Below are positions 47,853-48,490 of a stretch of 48,490 nucleotides of DNA, in pieces (position 1 is the first letter of the stretch; each line of letters starts with the position of its first letter). A program made the position numbers and the translations under genes. The notes under the pieces are model-generated. The model was not told where the DNA came from. It was given only the letters and a program-made list of their open reading frames with translations, and made no database searches. Source of the stretch: Lambdavirus PDP110P1; the sequence record OZ035751.1. One strand, given 5' to 3'.

Positions 47853-48488
47853 ATGGCTGGAAATGACAATCGCAGACCATACCCTCCCGTCAACTTCACT
47901 GGCGAAAACTGGCTGCCTTATACCCGGCTGATCCCTGCTGCCGAAATCGGCGAATGGGTAAATCAGAACATCCTCTCCGAAGATGGCCGAATCCATAACC
48001 CTGACCATGCGCACTTGCTCGATGCTGATGTCGCGTTCATGTGGGCCTCTGGCTCATTCGCCAAAAGCGGCCGCATTGTGCTGGGCCAGTGTGAGCAGGT
48101 AATGATGCGCGCCGGTGGCTGGCAGAAAGCCAGAATGGAGCAGCAGATGCATGAATGGTTCGGACGCATACCGAAGTTCATCATCACCCTGGCTGCTGAC
48201 TACTGCGAGCAATGCAACGATCTGGAGTTCTGCGCACTGGTAGAGCATGAGCTTTACCACATCGCCCAGGCTACCGATGACTATGGCGCGCCGAAATTCA
48301 ACAAAGAGACCGGTATGCCGGTGCTCAAACTTCGCGGCCACGACGTCGAGGAATTCGTCGGAGTTGTCCGGCGTTACGGCGCCAGCAAAGACGTGCAGGA
48401 AATGGTGGATGCGGCGAACAGGCCGGCGGAGGTTGCTCATATCGATGTTGCCAGAGCGTGTGGGACGTGCATGCTGAAACTGGCTTAA
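47853..48488 (+). CDS. HExxH-motif protein (putative metallopeptidase) upstream of the packaging genes
   Basis: ~211 aa from ATG 47853 (RBS GAGGA); motif HELYH; track ORF starts at 47820. Confidence 0.45.
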   Translation: MAGNDNRRPYPPVNFTGENWLPYTRLIPAAEIGEWVNQNILSEDGRIHNPDHAHLLDADVAFMWASGSFAKSGRIVLGQCEQVMMRAGGWQKARMEQQMHEWFGRIPKFIITLAADYCEQCNDLEFCALVEHELYHIAQATDDYGAPKFNKETGMPVLKLRGHDVEEFVGVVRRYGASKDVQEMVDAANRPAEVAHIDVARACGTCMLKLA

Positions 48489-48490
48489 TA

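Overview
This 48.5 kb window reads as a complete, circularly permuted genome of a mosaic lambdoid temperate phage, not an integrated prophage, because attP is intact (lambda core GCTTTTTTATACTAA at 27318-27332). Order on the + strand: packaging genes (TerS, TerL, portal), a non-lambda head module, a contractile-tail and baseplate module carrying three terminator-bounded morons (KilA-N gene pair, BamE/OmlA-like lipoprotein, zinc-ribbon membrane protein), and three tail-fibre genes. Then, on the - strand: lambda int/xis, an accessory early-left operon (Ant-like, DUF551, RecT, Gp157-like, Ral-like, cIII-like, many small coupled ORFs), N with nutL, and the immunity region. Rightward from cro: cII, lambda O (with ori iterons), P, ren, a nin region with a Dam-type methyltransferase inserted, a non-lambda Q-like gene with its own late promoter and terminator, a tRNA-like element, lambda S/R/Rz/Rz1, and an HExxH protein before the wrap-around to TerS. 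The best candidate for an undescribed system is the three-gene cassette co-transcribed downstream of cI (36752-38004, - strand), in the position lambda uses for rexAB: a 51-aa two-helix membrane peptide, an 88-aa soluble protein and a 216-aa coiled-coil single-pass membrane protein, none of which I can assign to a family. All calls rest on reading the sequence and the supplied ORF track; no database search was run, so family names are recalled similarities, and most structural-protein roles are inferred from gene order and size.
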